Source: a virus
Lineage: Duplodnaviria; Caudoviricetes
Length of the DNA: 39,927 nucleotides
Direction: 5' to 3' (one strand)
Virus record (IMG/VR): IMGVR_UViG_3300027653_000003
Coordinates: 1 to 39,927 of that record
The notes below the pieces were generated by a model. That model was not told where the DNA came from, searched no databases, and worked only from the letters and a program-made list of their open reading frames with translations. The stretch's first letter is position 1. Every line of letters starts with the position of its first letter. Made by a program: the position numbers and the translations under genes. This document shows positions 27,101 to 35,571 of the stretch, in pieces.

Positions 27101-27837
27101 TAATGTTCGAGATCATGCAACGGGCGATACCGATTGCCGAGGTCGTGACAGCGGCGCTTGAGGTGCTGGAACCTGTAACCAGCGCACTCGCAGGCCCATT
27201 GCGAGCGTTCGGCATTGCACTCGGGACCATTGTTGAGCCGCTATTGGTGGCGCTGGAACCGGCATTACGACTCCTCGCAGAAATATCACTCATGCTGGCG
27301 ATGGCGTTCGTGCGAGTGAGGCAGTGGGTGTTGCAGCTATTCCTGGCACTCGCCAGGGGCATTGACGCGATACCGTTTGTATCAGCTAAGACGGCCATTC
27401 GCAACCTCGAAAAGGCGATTGCAGAACAACAGGATCGCTACGATGACCTGCTCAAGGCGCAGGACCGGCTACGCAACGGCATGGACGAGGCCGCAGAAGC
27501 GGCGATGGGCTTCTCACGCAACATCCCGAGAATCTTCCGCGTCAACCTGGAGCGGTTCCGTGCCGCAGACATCACCGACCTGCGTAACATCCCGGCACTA
27601 GCCACGGGCGGTTTCGTGCCCCCTACTCCCGGCGGCCAGATTGTGCGGCTATCGGAAGCGGGCGAAGGCGAATACGTCATACCCGAATCCCGCATGGGAG
27701 CAGGTGGCGGCGTAACGGTCAACATGACGGTCAACGGGCCGCTCATGGGCACGTCAAAATCCGAGGTCAAACGGTGGGTACGCCGCGCCGTGGGCCAAGG
27801 CCAGCGGCAGGCACAATCAGCACTGTACGGGAGGTGA
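24175..27837 (+). CDS. Tail tape measure protein
   Basis: 1220 aa, helical; DLASFYN, GNTEPMRKFG, C-terminal LATGG...EAGEGEYVIP. Confidence 0.93.
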   Translation: MSLRVGELHALLRVDDRQFHDGLRKGERGLRSLDQQIDRTTRRLDAFGTSLNRIGRRMTVALTAPLAAAAVASVKLGSDMAATHDLLNDTFREGSEAAREFAHEMAEAMGRSKLQMEGFMATTQGLFAPLMENRELAGEMSKVISTLAVDLASFYNVADDDALRALQTGLLGNTEPMRKFGVIINEATLEQEAMRLGLGRTTAEMSEQEKVLLRLSLVLGQTTDSHGDAIRTIGEFDNQLKALQADIVNLSTEIGGMLLPTARGLVGWARQLTEGLQDLSPETKETLIGFVQIVAVAGPLTLAISSIVRGIASTGRALRLLTNMLRSNPYMALGLLVGGLALSFDEVQASIDSLLRRLGMGDFVDTITGIESAFGELIDTVKGAEFAPGEFDIDAYVESLEKQRDDIAERLRQGLSEPLTEGLEGALGDAFEDAGPTLLDELQEMFDGLPDAIDRAVNVEVIKREMQETLGRILPEFDEEEFRRRTKLDMLGEMVERAVAEGIDDTRLFGQMIEQFVASGWVMPSVSSMVDEALEGVNLEARFRNLIGDPLPAVERFEMGVRDLGRALREVLEDGYDPGSSVVQRLIAEINVFEGALRRARVNELVADFQEALAGPDASQRRMMFWVDDLELAQRSLTEIEHLTQSFIADMEASEAPAGEIREHVEDARRAWMDLNHEVLHLSLQQARDEFERTMGIGQRFAEMMAQATGEAFDPLDFQIDALQAKLEAQIDAAKEFAAAFENADVSQLDLLAGFVDPGTLRQLEELLQQRFDRDFRQTITDILADLDRDIANMDLLADLAFLRHEEFDRAENELRRLERAIIDANLALITAGDVSDDVLSAMQSELDDLIAKYDELSSSIDRTADRVGDILGELERDLTVRMGVEHLIASATGAEFDPVEYERRAIERSINRIVDEMMRAGDSFGDIRDEIEPLIDRLRSLGTESGLWERQLESAIDQADDFAQWLMTSLDPMRLMFEIMQRAIPIAEVVTAALEVLEPVTSALAGPLRAFGIALGTIVEPLLVALEPALRLLAEISLMLAMAFVRVRQWVLQLFLALARGIDAIPFVSAKTAIRNLEKAIAEQQDRYDDLLKAQDRLRNGMDEAAEAAMGFSRNIPRIFRVNLERFRAADITDLRNIPALATGGFVPPTPGGQIVRLSEAGEGEYVIPESRMGAGGGVTVNMTVNGPLMGTSKSEVKRWVRRAVGQGQRQAQSALYGR

Positions 27838-28187
27838 TTGCATCGGCAACAGCTACGTTTGACGGCATCGACATACCGCGCATATTCGAGATGGACCGGG
27901 AACCTATCGTGATTGCCGACATCACCCGTACGGCTGGCGGCAAGGAGCGCATGGACGTTGTGGCGGTTAAGGGGCGGTGGTCATTTCGCACTCGCCCCAT
28001 ACCCGCCACATCTGCCGCGGTGCTATGGAACCACCTGGGCGACGTGTTGTGGCGATACGGCGACTACTGGTGTGACGAGTTTGGCGACCCATCGAACACG
28101 GTGCGGGCACGCATGGAGCTACGCGAGTCACGGTCATACAGGCTGCCGACGCACCGCGAATTAACGCTCACGGTGATCGAACAGTGA
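27834..28187 (+). CDS. Distal-tail-like protein
   Basis: Directly after the tape measure gene; RTAGGKERMDVVAVKGRW. Confidence 0.65.
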   Translation: MIASATATFDGIDIPRIFEMDREPIVIADITRTAGGKERMDVVAVKGRWSFRTRPIPATSAAVLWNHLGDVLWRYGDYWCDEFGDPSNTVRARMELRESRSYRLPTHRELTLTVIEQ

Positions 28188-28188
28188 G

Positions 28189-28767
28189 GTGGTGGTAGTG
28201 AGCAGCAAACCAGCAAAAGTACTGGCCCGCGGCTGGCGGTTTGAGGTACAGCAGGACGCGGGCTATTTCCTGCCTATCATGGGCGTCAACAGTTTTACGC
28301 CGAACCGGACGATCATCATAGCCGATGCAACAGATTTCAACAGCCCGCCGGGCACAGAGGAGCACAGCCCTGCAATTCGCGGCCTAACCGTCAGCATCCA
28401 GGGCTACCGCCTGGAGGGTGTGGACGGTGAACGTGACCCAGGGCAGGCACGGGTCGAACAACTCGACACCGTTGTTGACTGCGATGCGCTGACACGGTTT
28501 CGGATGTGGTCGCCCGCGGGCCGTGGCTATGAGTTTGACGCCTCGTACAACGTCACACCTAGCGGCGGGGGCACCACCGATAACACGGCGTGGAGCGTCG
28601 AGGTGACAAAGACGGGGCCTGTCGGTTGCGTGACGACGTTTTTGGACGGCGGCCTCGTAGTGGATGGCAACATGCCGCTCGACGGTAGCATGGCCGTTGA
28701 CGGCAACGCCAATCCGCTAGATTTTTTCGCAGACCTGCTCGGCACAGCAATAGGGGAGTGTGGATGA
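28189..28767 (+). CDS. Second tail-tube paralog with C-terminal xDG repeats
   Basis: Aligns along its length with 23097-23546. Confidence 0.8.
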   Translation: MVVVSSKPAKVLARGWRFEVQQDAGYFLPIMGVNSFTPNRTIIIADATDFNSPPGTEEHSPAIRGLTVSIQGYRLEGVDGERDPGQARVEQLDTVVDCDALTRFRMWSPAGRGYEFDASYNVTPSGGGTTDNTAWSVEVTKTGPVGCVTTFLDGGLVVDGNMPLDGSMAVDGNANPLDFFADLLGTAIGECG

Positions 28768-29509
28768 TGTGAGCACGTTTAACAACCTAGACCAAATTTT
28801 ACACACGTCCGAGCGTGCCCGACCGGTTGACGTTGGCACCGATGGACGGGTGCCGGTACGGCTATACGGGCCAGACGGACAACCGCTTTTTACGGAGCAG
28901 AACCCGGCGCATGTGACACTAACGGGCCAAAGTGCGTTAGTTAGGATAGGCGAGACTGAGCATCCGGTCGCATATGCAATAGACCCCGAGGGGCGGGCGG
29001 TACCGGGATACTACAATGCGGCTCCCCACGGTTATGACGAGGCCAACGACGAGTACCGTATACGCGGGTTCGTCGATTTTGAACGGCCGCGAACAGACAC
29101 CATCACGGACACTCTGTTAGATGCCGTCACTATCCCCCCTGGGGGGAGGTCCGAACGTACTGTGGTAGGGGTTACAAACGAAGCTGAGATATGGTTCCTC
29201 GTTAATATTGATCAGCAACCATGGTCCCTGAGAGCCAACCCACCATATGCGGACCTAGTGAGCGCTGAGACTATATATCCAGTATTGGACAATGTTCCTG
29301 CGGCGAGGGTAAATATGGGTCAGCCCATGGCTGGTCTATATGTGGGATTGCGTCACGTATCCAGCTTGGGTGATCTAGCACCGGAGTCGGCGGTGGAGGC
29401 TAGAGCACTGGCATTACGTCCGGCCCGAGGCCTTGCCTTCGAGCTGCGTAATGACTCGCAAAACCCAGCGACAGCCACGGTACGAGTATTGAGGGTGATG
29501 GCAAAATGA
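28760..29509 (+). CDS. Putative tail fibre/appendage protein
   Basis: Tail-module position; composition appears more AT-rich in the 3' half. Confidence 0.55.
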   Translation: MDDVSTFNNLDQILHTSERARPVDVGTDGRVPVRLYGPDGQPLFTEQNPAHVTLTGQSALVRIGETEHPVAYAIDPEGRAVPGYYNAAPHGYDEANDEYRIRGFVDFERPRTDTITDTLLDAVTIPPGGRSERTVVGVTNEAEIWFLVNIDQQPWSLRANPPYADLVSAETIYPVLDNVPAARVNMGQPMAGLYVGLRHVSSLGDLAPESAVEARALALRPARGLAFELRNDSQNPATATVRVLRVMAK

Positions 29510-30231
29510 CGTGGGTTGCCCCCGACTTCCGTACCCGCCACCCGTTACACGTTGTGACACTGGACGACTTTCGCCCTACTGATTACAGTAGGGCGTACCC
29601 TTATCTTCGCAGCAAGGGCGTGGCAGGGACCTCATACATCATCACCGACCGTGCCAGAGACACCAACTGGCATAACGTGCGGGAAATGTATCGAGGTGGC
29701 TGGGATTGTCAGTGCCATACCTACTCGCACGAGTATCTGTGGGACATGACGGAGGCTCAGTTGCGTGAGCAGATGCAACTGGCTAACACTGTTTTTGAGG
29801 AGGAACGTCTTCCTGCGCCCGAGCATATCGCATATCCATTTGGGGCTTACAATGCTCTAGTGCAAGAAATTATTGGCGAGTACCGACTCACACAGCGCAG
29901 AGTGCCGACCTTGCCACCTGTAGACGCGGTGGCGACGTACGACTCCCTGGAGTATGACGCCATTGAGGCTGTCAACGGAGACCTGGCATCACAGCAGGAC
30001 CTAGAGGCTACAAAGATGGCGATTGACAAGGCGGCAGCCACGAACGGCATCGTGGTCACTATGACGCACAGTTTGGTTGATGCTATCACTGACTCATCAC
30101 AATGCCTATTTTCGCTGTTTCAGGCCATGGTTGAGTACTCTCTGAGCCGAGGTGTCAGGGTGGTATCGGTGGCCCAGATGTATAACACTGTGGCGTTTCA
30201 TCGTCTCATCTATGGAGGTGTACAACAGTGA
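29506..30231 (+). CDS. Polysaccharide deacetylase (CE4/NodB-like)
   Basis: VTLDD, HTYSH, AYPFG, late His motif (MTHS). Confidence 0.88.
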   Translation: MTWVAPDFRTRHPLHVVTLDDFRPTDYSRAYPYLRSKGVAGTSYIITDRARDTNWHNVREMYRGGWDCQCHTYSHEYLWDMTEAQLREQMQLANTVFEEERLPAPEHIAYPFGAYNALVQEIIGEYRLTQRRVPTLPPVDAVATYDSLEYDAIEAVNGDLASQQDLEATKMAIDKAAATNGIVVTMTHSLVDAITDSSQCLFSLFQAMVEYSLSRGVRVVSVAQMYNTVAFHRLIYGGVQQ

Positions 30232-30422
30232 CAGAGAACCGAAAAGACGAAATCATCACTCGGCTGTTGTCGATCGCCAATGCGTTCGAGCCAGGTGAGG
30301 AGGAACCTGAGCTAACCATGTTCGGCCTGATTCATCGGTATAACGCGGAGTACGATAACCCCGAACTTATCGGAGGCCCATGGGTACGTGAGAACGTGCC
30401 AGAGTTGGCCGATCTACCATAA
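30228..30422 (+). CDS. Hypothetical protein
   Basis: GGAGG RBS; GTGA coupling. Confidence 0.7.
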   Translation: MTENRKDEIITRLLSIANAFEPGEEEPELTMFGLIHRYNAEYDNPELIGGPWVRENVPELADLP

Positions 30423-30507
30423 ATGCGCACGTTAGTGGCACTTTGACAGCGACCGAACGTTGCGATACGATGGAGTTAATCAGGAGCCGCTACAGGAGGC
30501 GGCGCTA

Positions 30508-30569
30508 GGGCTGGGGATCGTTCCCCGGCCCTTTCTTTTTAGCCGTCCCTCGCGGGCGGCTTTTTGTTT
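30508..30569 (+). terminator. Two tandem intrinsic terminators
   Basis: GGGCTGGGGA/TCCCCGGCCC plus T run; AGCCGTCC/GGGCGGCT plus T run. Confidence 0.8.
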
Positions 30570-30581
30570 GGAGGTGATGCA

Positions 30582-32891
30582 TTGCCCACCATCGCAGACC
30601 ATCGCATCATACATGCACAATTGCTCATTTCCCGCCCTGGCGGTGCGTGGGAGGACGTGTCAGACCACCTCATCAGCGCATCGTGCGAGCTTGGCAACGT
30701 GGACGCAGTAGGCACCGAGGCATCAGGCGTAGACGGCGTGGTGCGTACCCTGGAGTTTGCGCTCGCCAACGATGGCGTGGCAGGCGAACCGGACCGCGGG
30801 TCGTTCTCGCCACGCGACCAGGACAGCCCGTGGAACCAGTGGGGGGCCGAGTATAGCCCCCTGCTATGGCCTGGGCGTGAGGTCATCCTGCGTGTCGGCG
30901 TAGAGGCTGACCAGGAGAGCGGATCGACGACTGTTATCGGCGAGCAGGTTGCCGTTGCTGACGGTTCGGAGGTCGCCTTTTCGCTGGACAGGTCACCCGT
31001 CGTGCCGTCATCGGTCAGGGTGTATGTGGATAACACGGAGGTGCCTCGCAGTGCGTATGTGGCCGACGACGACGGCACGGTTGTCTTTGACGCCCCACCG
31101 CCACCCCTCGCCACCATCACGGCAACGTACACGTGGTTACGCACCGAGTTTCGCGGCGTTTTGGGCCAGCGCATCCGCACGGACGGCGGCACAGTGTCCT
31201 GTGAGGCCAGCGACCTAGCAAGGCGACTGCAGTACACGTACATTCACGAGCCTGCCGCATACGGCTCCGAAGCGGGTGTGCCGGTTGAGCTGGTTATGCA
31301 GCAGATCATCGACGACCACATGGGCGATGATGCGCCGCTGTTGCATGTTGCGGAGCCGACGGGCGCAGTCGTATCGTCAGTGCCCGAGCCGTGGGTCGTC
31401 GAGTACATGAGCGTGTGGGACGCAATCCAGACGGCAGCGACACAGATTGGTTGGTTCCTCGGCTATCGCTACAGCGAGGCGCACAACGATTTTGTGCTCA
31501 CGCTGATGGAGCCGCCGGTAGACAAGGGCATCCCCACGGCAGATTACCACCTCACGTGGACGAGCGACATCATCACGGAGGATCTTGACATTGTTGACGA
31601 GCATATACGCAACCTCGTCACGGTTTACTACCGGGATTTCGAGGGCAACCGTCTTGCCGTCACGGTGCCCGACGAGGACTCCCGCGCAGAGTTCGGCACC
31701 CGATCCATGACGATTGAGGAGCCCAACGCCGACCTTATACGCACAGAAACGGCGGCCAATCGCCTAGCTAATGCAGCACTGGACAGCCTAGCCCAACTAT
31801 ACGCCGAGACGCATCTGGACCTGCCGTATTTGCCAGGGCTTGACGTGTTCGACGGCATTGTGGTGACAAACCCCCGTGTAAGCAGTACCGACGATTTTTT
31901 CGCTTGCCAAAGCGTGCGTTTTGACCTGGACTGGAGCACCGACGTGCCCCGGTTCCGGTCGGAGGCCATTGCCGCCGGTCGTGTGGTCAGGGGCAGGCAA
32001 CGCTACCTCGACAAAGAGACTCGCCCGGGCAGCCCCGGCAGACCCATCGACCGCGAGGACTTGCAACATCTCGACGAGATTAAATACGTCCCCTATGAAA
32101 TCAATCACGTCAACGAGATGACAACACGATTCGACACGATCGGGGCATTCCTGCGCGACGCAGACGACACGGAAAATCTCTATGCCGCTCGAATCGCATT
32201 CGGAACAGCGAGCGACGGCGATTTTATCCCGCTGGGGTGGGACCACGAACCAAAAGTGATAGCGGCCCCGTTTTCGGCCATGACCTACATCGAGGCAAAC
32301 AAGGACGTGGATCAGAAGATGGTGACCACGGTAACCAATGTCAGCCCCGAGGGGTTTACGGTCAACGTCAGGACGATGGCACTAGGAGCCGAGCAGGACC
32401 ACGCTGTCGGCCAGCGTCTGGGCAGCCCGAATCAGCAGTGGACCTCCAGCTCATCGGCCCCCGGTGTGCAGGAGATTGAGCTAAACCTGCGGCTCGAGAA
32501 AAATGCGGACATGTTCGCACGGGCATCGTGCGTCATCACCCAAACCTATCGCATCGAGTATCGAGAGGAGAACGAAACCGAATGGTCGCTATTCGGCGAG
32601 TTCAGCGACCGGGCAGGGCTCGTAAACACGAATTACCTCGTCCGCAGGGTCATTTACAATCGCCGCAATCGAACCCATATCCTCACGCTACCTGCGGGGT
32701 CATACCGCATACGGGTGACGTTTGTGTCGCGCTCCATCAGCAACAGGGTGAGCACGATCTACGGCTGGGACGCATTCATGGACGTGCAATCCTGGGGCTA
32801 CAAAACGGATGAGTTGTTGACTGGCGGCGATGTGTTATGGTTTGCCGTCGAGGGCGGCGCAGAGGACACGGGCGCGGAGGATGATAACTGA
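30582..32891 (+). CDS. Large tail tip/baseplate hub protein
   Basis: GGAGG before TTG 30582; about 770 aa, beta-rich, DEDSRAEFG hub-like segment. Confidence 0.75.
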   Translation: MPTIADHRIIHAQLLISRPGGAWEDVSDHLISASCELGNVDAVGTEASGVDGVVRTLEFALANDGVAGEPDRGSFSPRDQDSPWNQWGAEYSPLLWPGREVILRVGVEADQESGSTTVIGEQVAVADGSEVAFSLDRSPVVPSSVRVYVDNTEVPRSAYVADDDGTVVFDAPPPPLATITATYTWLRTEFRGVLGQRIRTDGGTVSCEASDLARRLQYTYIHEPAAYGSEAGVPVELVMQQIIDDHMGDDAPLLHVAEPTGAVVSSVPEPWVVEYMSVWDAIQTAATQIGWFLGYRYSEAHNDFVLTLMEPPVDKGIPTADYHLTWTSDIITEDLDIVDEHIRNLVTVYYRDFEGNRLAVTVPDEDSRAEFGTRSMTIEEPNADLIRTETAANRLANAALDSLAQLYAETHLDLPYLPGLDVFDGIVVTNPRVSSTDDFFACQSVRFDLDWSTDVPRFRSEAIAAGRVVRGRQRYLDKETRPGSPGRPIDREDLQHLDEIKYVPYEINHVNEMTTRFDTIGAFLRDADDTENLYAARIAFGTASDGDFIPLGWDHEPKVIAAPFSAMTYIEANKDVDQKMVTTVTNVSPEGFTVNVRTMALGAEQDHAVGQRLGSPNQQWTSSSSAPGVQEIELNLRLEKNADMFARASCVITQTYRIEYREENETEWSLFGEFSDRAGLVNTNYLVRRVIYNRRNRTHILTLPAGSYRIRVTFVSRSISNRVSTIYGWDAFMDVQSWGYKTDELLTGGDVLWFAVEGGAEDTGAEDDN

Positions 32892-33364
32892 TGGCTAGCC
32901 TGCTGATATGGGACGATCGTACAGGTGCGATCATGGCCTGCAAAATACCGCCTGTTGGCAGTGCACCCAGGCCCACGGTGCAAAACAGTTTCCCGCACCA
33001 GCCGAGTCTGTGGCCGCATTTGCAGTCGGCGTGGATACCCCAAAGCCTCACGACTCGCGAGGCGCGACTGACTCTGCGCATCATTGACGGCGTACCGGTG
33101 GCAAAGCCCCGCCTCTCGGTAGGCTGGGAACCAGTACCGGGGTCGCAGGAGGGCACGCTCACAGTGGCCGCAACCGGGCTACAGCCCGGCGAATCACTGG
33201 ATGATCTACAGGTCGTACTGGAGAGCACGGGCATGGAACCCGCTGAATTCGCTGCGGATCCCGGCGCTACCGTTATCGAGCTACCGGCACCGGGGCGTTA
33301 TCGCCTGCGGGTCACAGATGATCGTGTACAGCCTGTGACGCCTGTCGAGGTGGTGATCCAGTGA
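32891..33364 (+). CDS. Hypothetical tail-associated protein
   Basis: Coupled to the previous gene; beta-rich C-terminus. Confidence 0.6.
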   Translation: MASLLIWDDRTGAIMACKIPPVGSAPRPTVQNSFPHQPSLWPHLQSAWIPQSLTTREARLTLRIIDGVPVAKPRLSVGWEPVPGSQEGTLTVAATGLQPGESLDDLQVVLESTGMEPAEFAADPGATVIELPAPGRYRLRVTDDRVQPVTPVEVVIQ

Positions 33365-33558
33365 GGGCAGAGCGCAACGGCACGCGCATAAGGATCGTTC
33401 CGAGCAGCGCCGACGAGCAAGAGTTAAGGCGCAGGGCTTGGGTCGAAACGGGGCCAGATGCGTTCGAGGAGTTGTTACGTGCAACCCGAGAGCGTGGCGT
33501 ACAGGTGCCCGAAACGGCGTACGAGAGGCGCAAACGCTCACTCATGAGGCGCAAGTAG
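33361..33558 (+). CDS. Hypothetical protein
   Basis: GAGGTG RBS; GTGA coupling. Confidence 0.6.
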   Translation: MRAERNGTRIRIVPSSADEQELRRRAWVETGPDAFEELLRATRERGVQVPETAYERRKRSLMRRK

Positions 33559-33571
33559 ACGCCGATATTGC

Positions 33572-33595
33572 ACCGCCTACAGGCGGTTTTTTGTT
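33572..33595 (+). terminator. Intrinsic terminator
   Basis: ACCGCC-TACA-GGCGGT followed by a T run. Confidence 0.8.
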
Positions 33596-33735
33596 GCCCA
33601 AAAGGGTTAAGGCCCCCGGCTAGGCCGGGAGCCGCCTCCGTGTTATAGCACCGCTAAGCACCGCACGGAGGTAGACGCGCGGTTCGGCGTTGGGCCGCGT
33701 AATCCTTCAAACACCGCTGAAATGGACGTGAAACG

Positions 33736-33993
33736 ATGACTGACATCCCAGAGCGCGTGACGCGACTAGAGGCGCAGATGTCCGAGGTGAGGACAGACGT
33801 GGGCGAAATCAAACGCCAGCTAACCAAGACGGCTACAAAACAAGACCTGGAGAACCTCAAGGCGTTTTTCGCAGACCGTGACGCCGCGGCAGGTGACCGG
33901 ATGTGGTGGATCACCAAAGCGCTTGTCTTGCTATTCGGTGCCGCTGTCCTGGCGGCGTTCGGGATTGAGAAAATCCCGCAACTGTGGAGGTGA
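33736..33993 (+). CDS. XhlA-like holin-accessory protein
   Basis: ERVTRLE coiled coil plus C-terminal TM helix; upstream of the endolysin. Confidence 0.7.
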   Translation: MTDIPERVTRLEAQMSEVRTDVGEIKRQLTKTATKQDLENLKAFFADRDAAAGDRMWWITKALVLLFGAAVLAAFGIEKIPQLWR

Positions 33994-33997
33994 GGGC

Positions 33998-34225
33998 ATG
34001 AGCATCGACAAAACCGCACACTTCGTAGTCTCGGCGGCAATCGTGATGGTTGCCGCTTTGTGGTTTTCGCTGTCGCCTGCACATGCCGCCCTATTAGCCG
34101 TCGCCTGTGGTGCTGCCAAAGAGGCGTGGGACTCAAAACGTCCCGGAAACCGCTGGTCATGGGGCGATATGGGCGCAAATGCGCTCGGAGTGCTGGCGGC
34201 ACTCGTTGTGTTATCTGGGAGGTGA
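33998..34225 (+). CDS. Small membrane protein (DKxxH...KExxD...DxxANxxG, YfiM/VanZ-like)
   Basis: DKTAHF, AAKEAWD, SWGDMGANALG. Confidence 0.7.
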   Translation: MSIDKTAHFVVSAAIVMVAALWFSLSPAHAALLAVACGAAKEAWDSKRPGNRWSWGDMGANALGVLAALVVLSGR

Positions 34226-34230
34226 TCGAC

Positions 34231-34785
34231 ATGGCAAGACCTATTTGCATCGACCCCGGCCACGGCGGGCACGACCCCGGCGCTATTGGCCCGACTGGCC
34301 TGCGAGAGTCGGAGGTCGTCTTAGACGTAGCAAACCGCATCGTTAGCCTGCTGGACGAGCGCGGGCACTCTGTGCTGATGACGCGTGAGCGTGATTCGTT
34401 TGTGGGCCTGCGTGAGCGGGCTAAAGTGGCGAACCATGCATCATCCCGCATTTTCGTCAGCCTGCACTGCAACGCATTTACAGACCCCGACGCCAACGGG
34501 CTAGAGGTGTGGCACTGGGATGGTAGCAGGCTAGGCGAGATGCTGGCGGGTCACATACAGTCCCGGCTAGTAGATGCCCTAGGCTGGCGTGACCGGGGCG
34601 TGAAACCGACGCACGTGTTCCAGGTGCTCAACCATACGCGGATGCCCGCTGTACTCGTTGAGTTGGGCTTCTTAAGCAGCCCCGACGAAGAGGCGCAATT
34701 AAGCTCTGACAGTGTGCGGCAGACGATTGCAGATGAGATTGTGAGGGCTATAGAGGATTACATTGAGGAGGCCGAAAGCGAATGA
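34231..34785 (+). CDS. Endolysin, N-acetylmuramoyl-L-alanine amidase (Amidase_3)
   Basis: IDPGHGGHDPGA, FVSLHCNA, PAVLVELGF. Confidence 0.95.
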   Translation: MARPICIDPGHGGHDPGAIGPTGLRESEVVLDVANRIVSLLDERGHSVLMTRERDSFVGLRERAKVANHASSRIFVSLHCNAFTDPDANGLEVWHWDGSRLGEMLAGHIQSRLVDALGWRDRGVKPTHVFQVLNHTRMPAVLVELGFLSSPDEEAQLSSDSVRQTIADEIVRAIEDYIEEAESE

Positions 34786-35213
34786 TGAATCAACGAACGA
34801 AGGTCGGCGTCATGGCTATCATGGCGCTTTTTGTTGTTGCACTGGTGGCTGTGCCTGCACTCGCGGCAGATGAGGGCGGCGGTGGGCCCTGGGACGATGT
34901 CGTCGTGACGTTTGGTGCCGTTGCTCTAGCGTGGACAAGCGTGCAGATGGGCGTTATCCGTGTCCTGCGCGGCGTGTCCATCGGTGGCAAACCTCTATTG
35001 GCTACTGACGGTGCCGTGTGGCTGGCTAACGGCATTATAGGCGTCGTTGGTCTGGTCATCGCCGCTACGCAATCCGGTGAACCGCTACTTGCATCCGTAA
35101 TGCAGGCTCTGCTTGCGTTTTTTGCGGCTAGCGGCCAGCACGAGCTCTTGAGCAAAACGGGAAAGTCGCCCTCGTTGCCGGACTCACCCGAGCCGCAGAG
35201 CGGGCAGGGCTAA
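34782..35213 (+). CDS. Multi-TM lysis-module protein (holin-like); predicted -1 frameshift form extends to 35404
   Basis: Signal-peptide-like N-terminus, several hydrophobic segments, G GGA AAG at 35159-35165. Confidence 0.7.
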   Translation: MMNQRTKVGVMAIMALFVVALVAVPALAADEGGGGPWDDVVVTFGAVALAWTSVQMGVIRVLRGVSIGGKPLLATDGAVWLANGIIGVVGLVIAATQSGEPLLASVMQALLAFFAASGQHELLSKTGKSPSLPDSPEPQSGQG

Positions 35214-35460
35214 AGGAGCGACCCGCCTGGCACCGCGTAGGCGGCGAGTGGGTATGGGGCACCACCGCCAGCATCATGCAGGCTGAGCGGGCCGCAGATG
35301 AGGCCGTGGCGTCCATGCGTGAGCGTGTAGACGCATTGGCCGCAGAGCGGCGGGCGGTGTCTATGGAGAGAGTGCGGCAGGAGTTTCGTCGCGGCAACGG
35401 GTAGACAGTATATGCGCCCGCCATCATTTGTCTTGCATCCTCGCCCTCGCGGGCGCTAGC

Positions 35461-35488
35461 AAGCCCCGGCGTCATTGCCGGGGCTTTT
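35461..35488 (+). terminator. Late operon terminator
   Basis: AAGCCCCGGC/GCCGGGGCTT followed by Ts. Confidence 0.8.
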
Positions 35489-35571
35489 GCTTAACCCTCA
35501 ACCTGTGCTAGGGTGCAACGGTAGGTATTGTGTGTTATTGTGGATGTGGCGAACCGCACCGTTGGCAGACG

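Noticed and set aside
26001-27404. 467-aa minus-strand ORF and similar long antisense ORFs (14897-15706, 33654-34496)
   Set aside because: Shadows of high-GC plus-strand genes; Ser/Arg-rich with no recognisable motifs
28760-33364. Diversity-generating retroelement or invertase shufflon acting on tail genes
   Set aside because: No reverse transcriptase, template/variable repeat pair or invertase was seen
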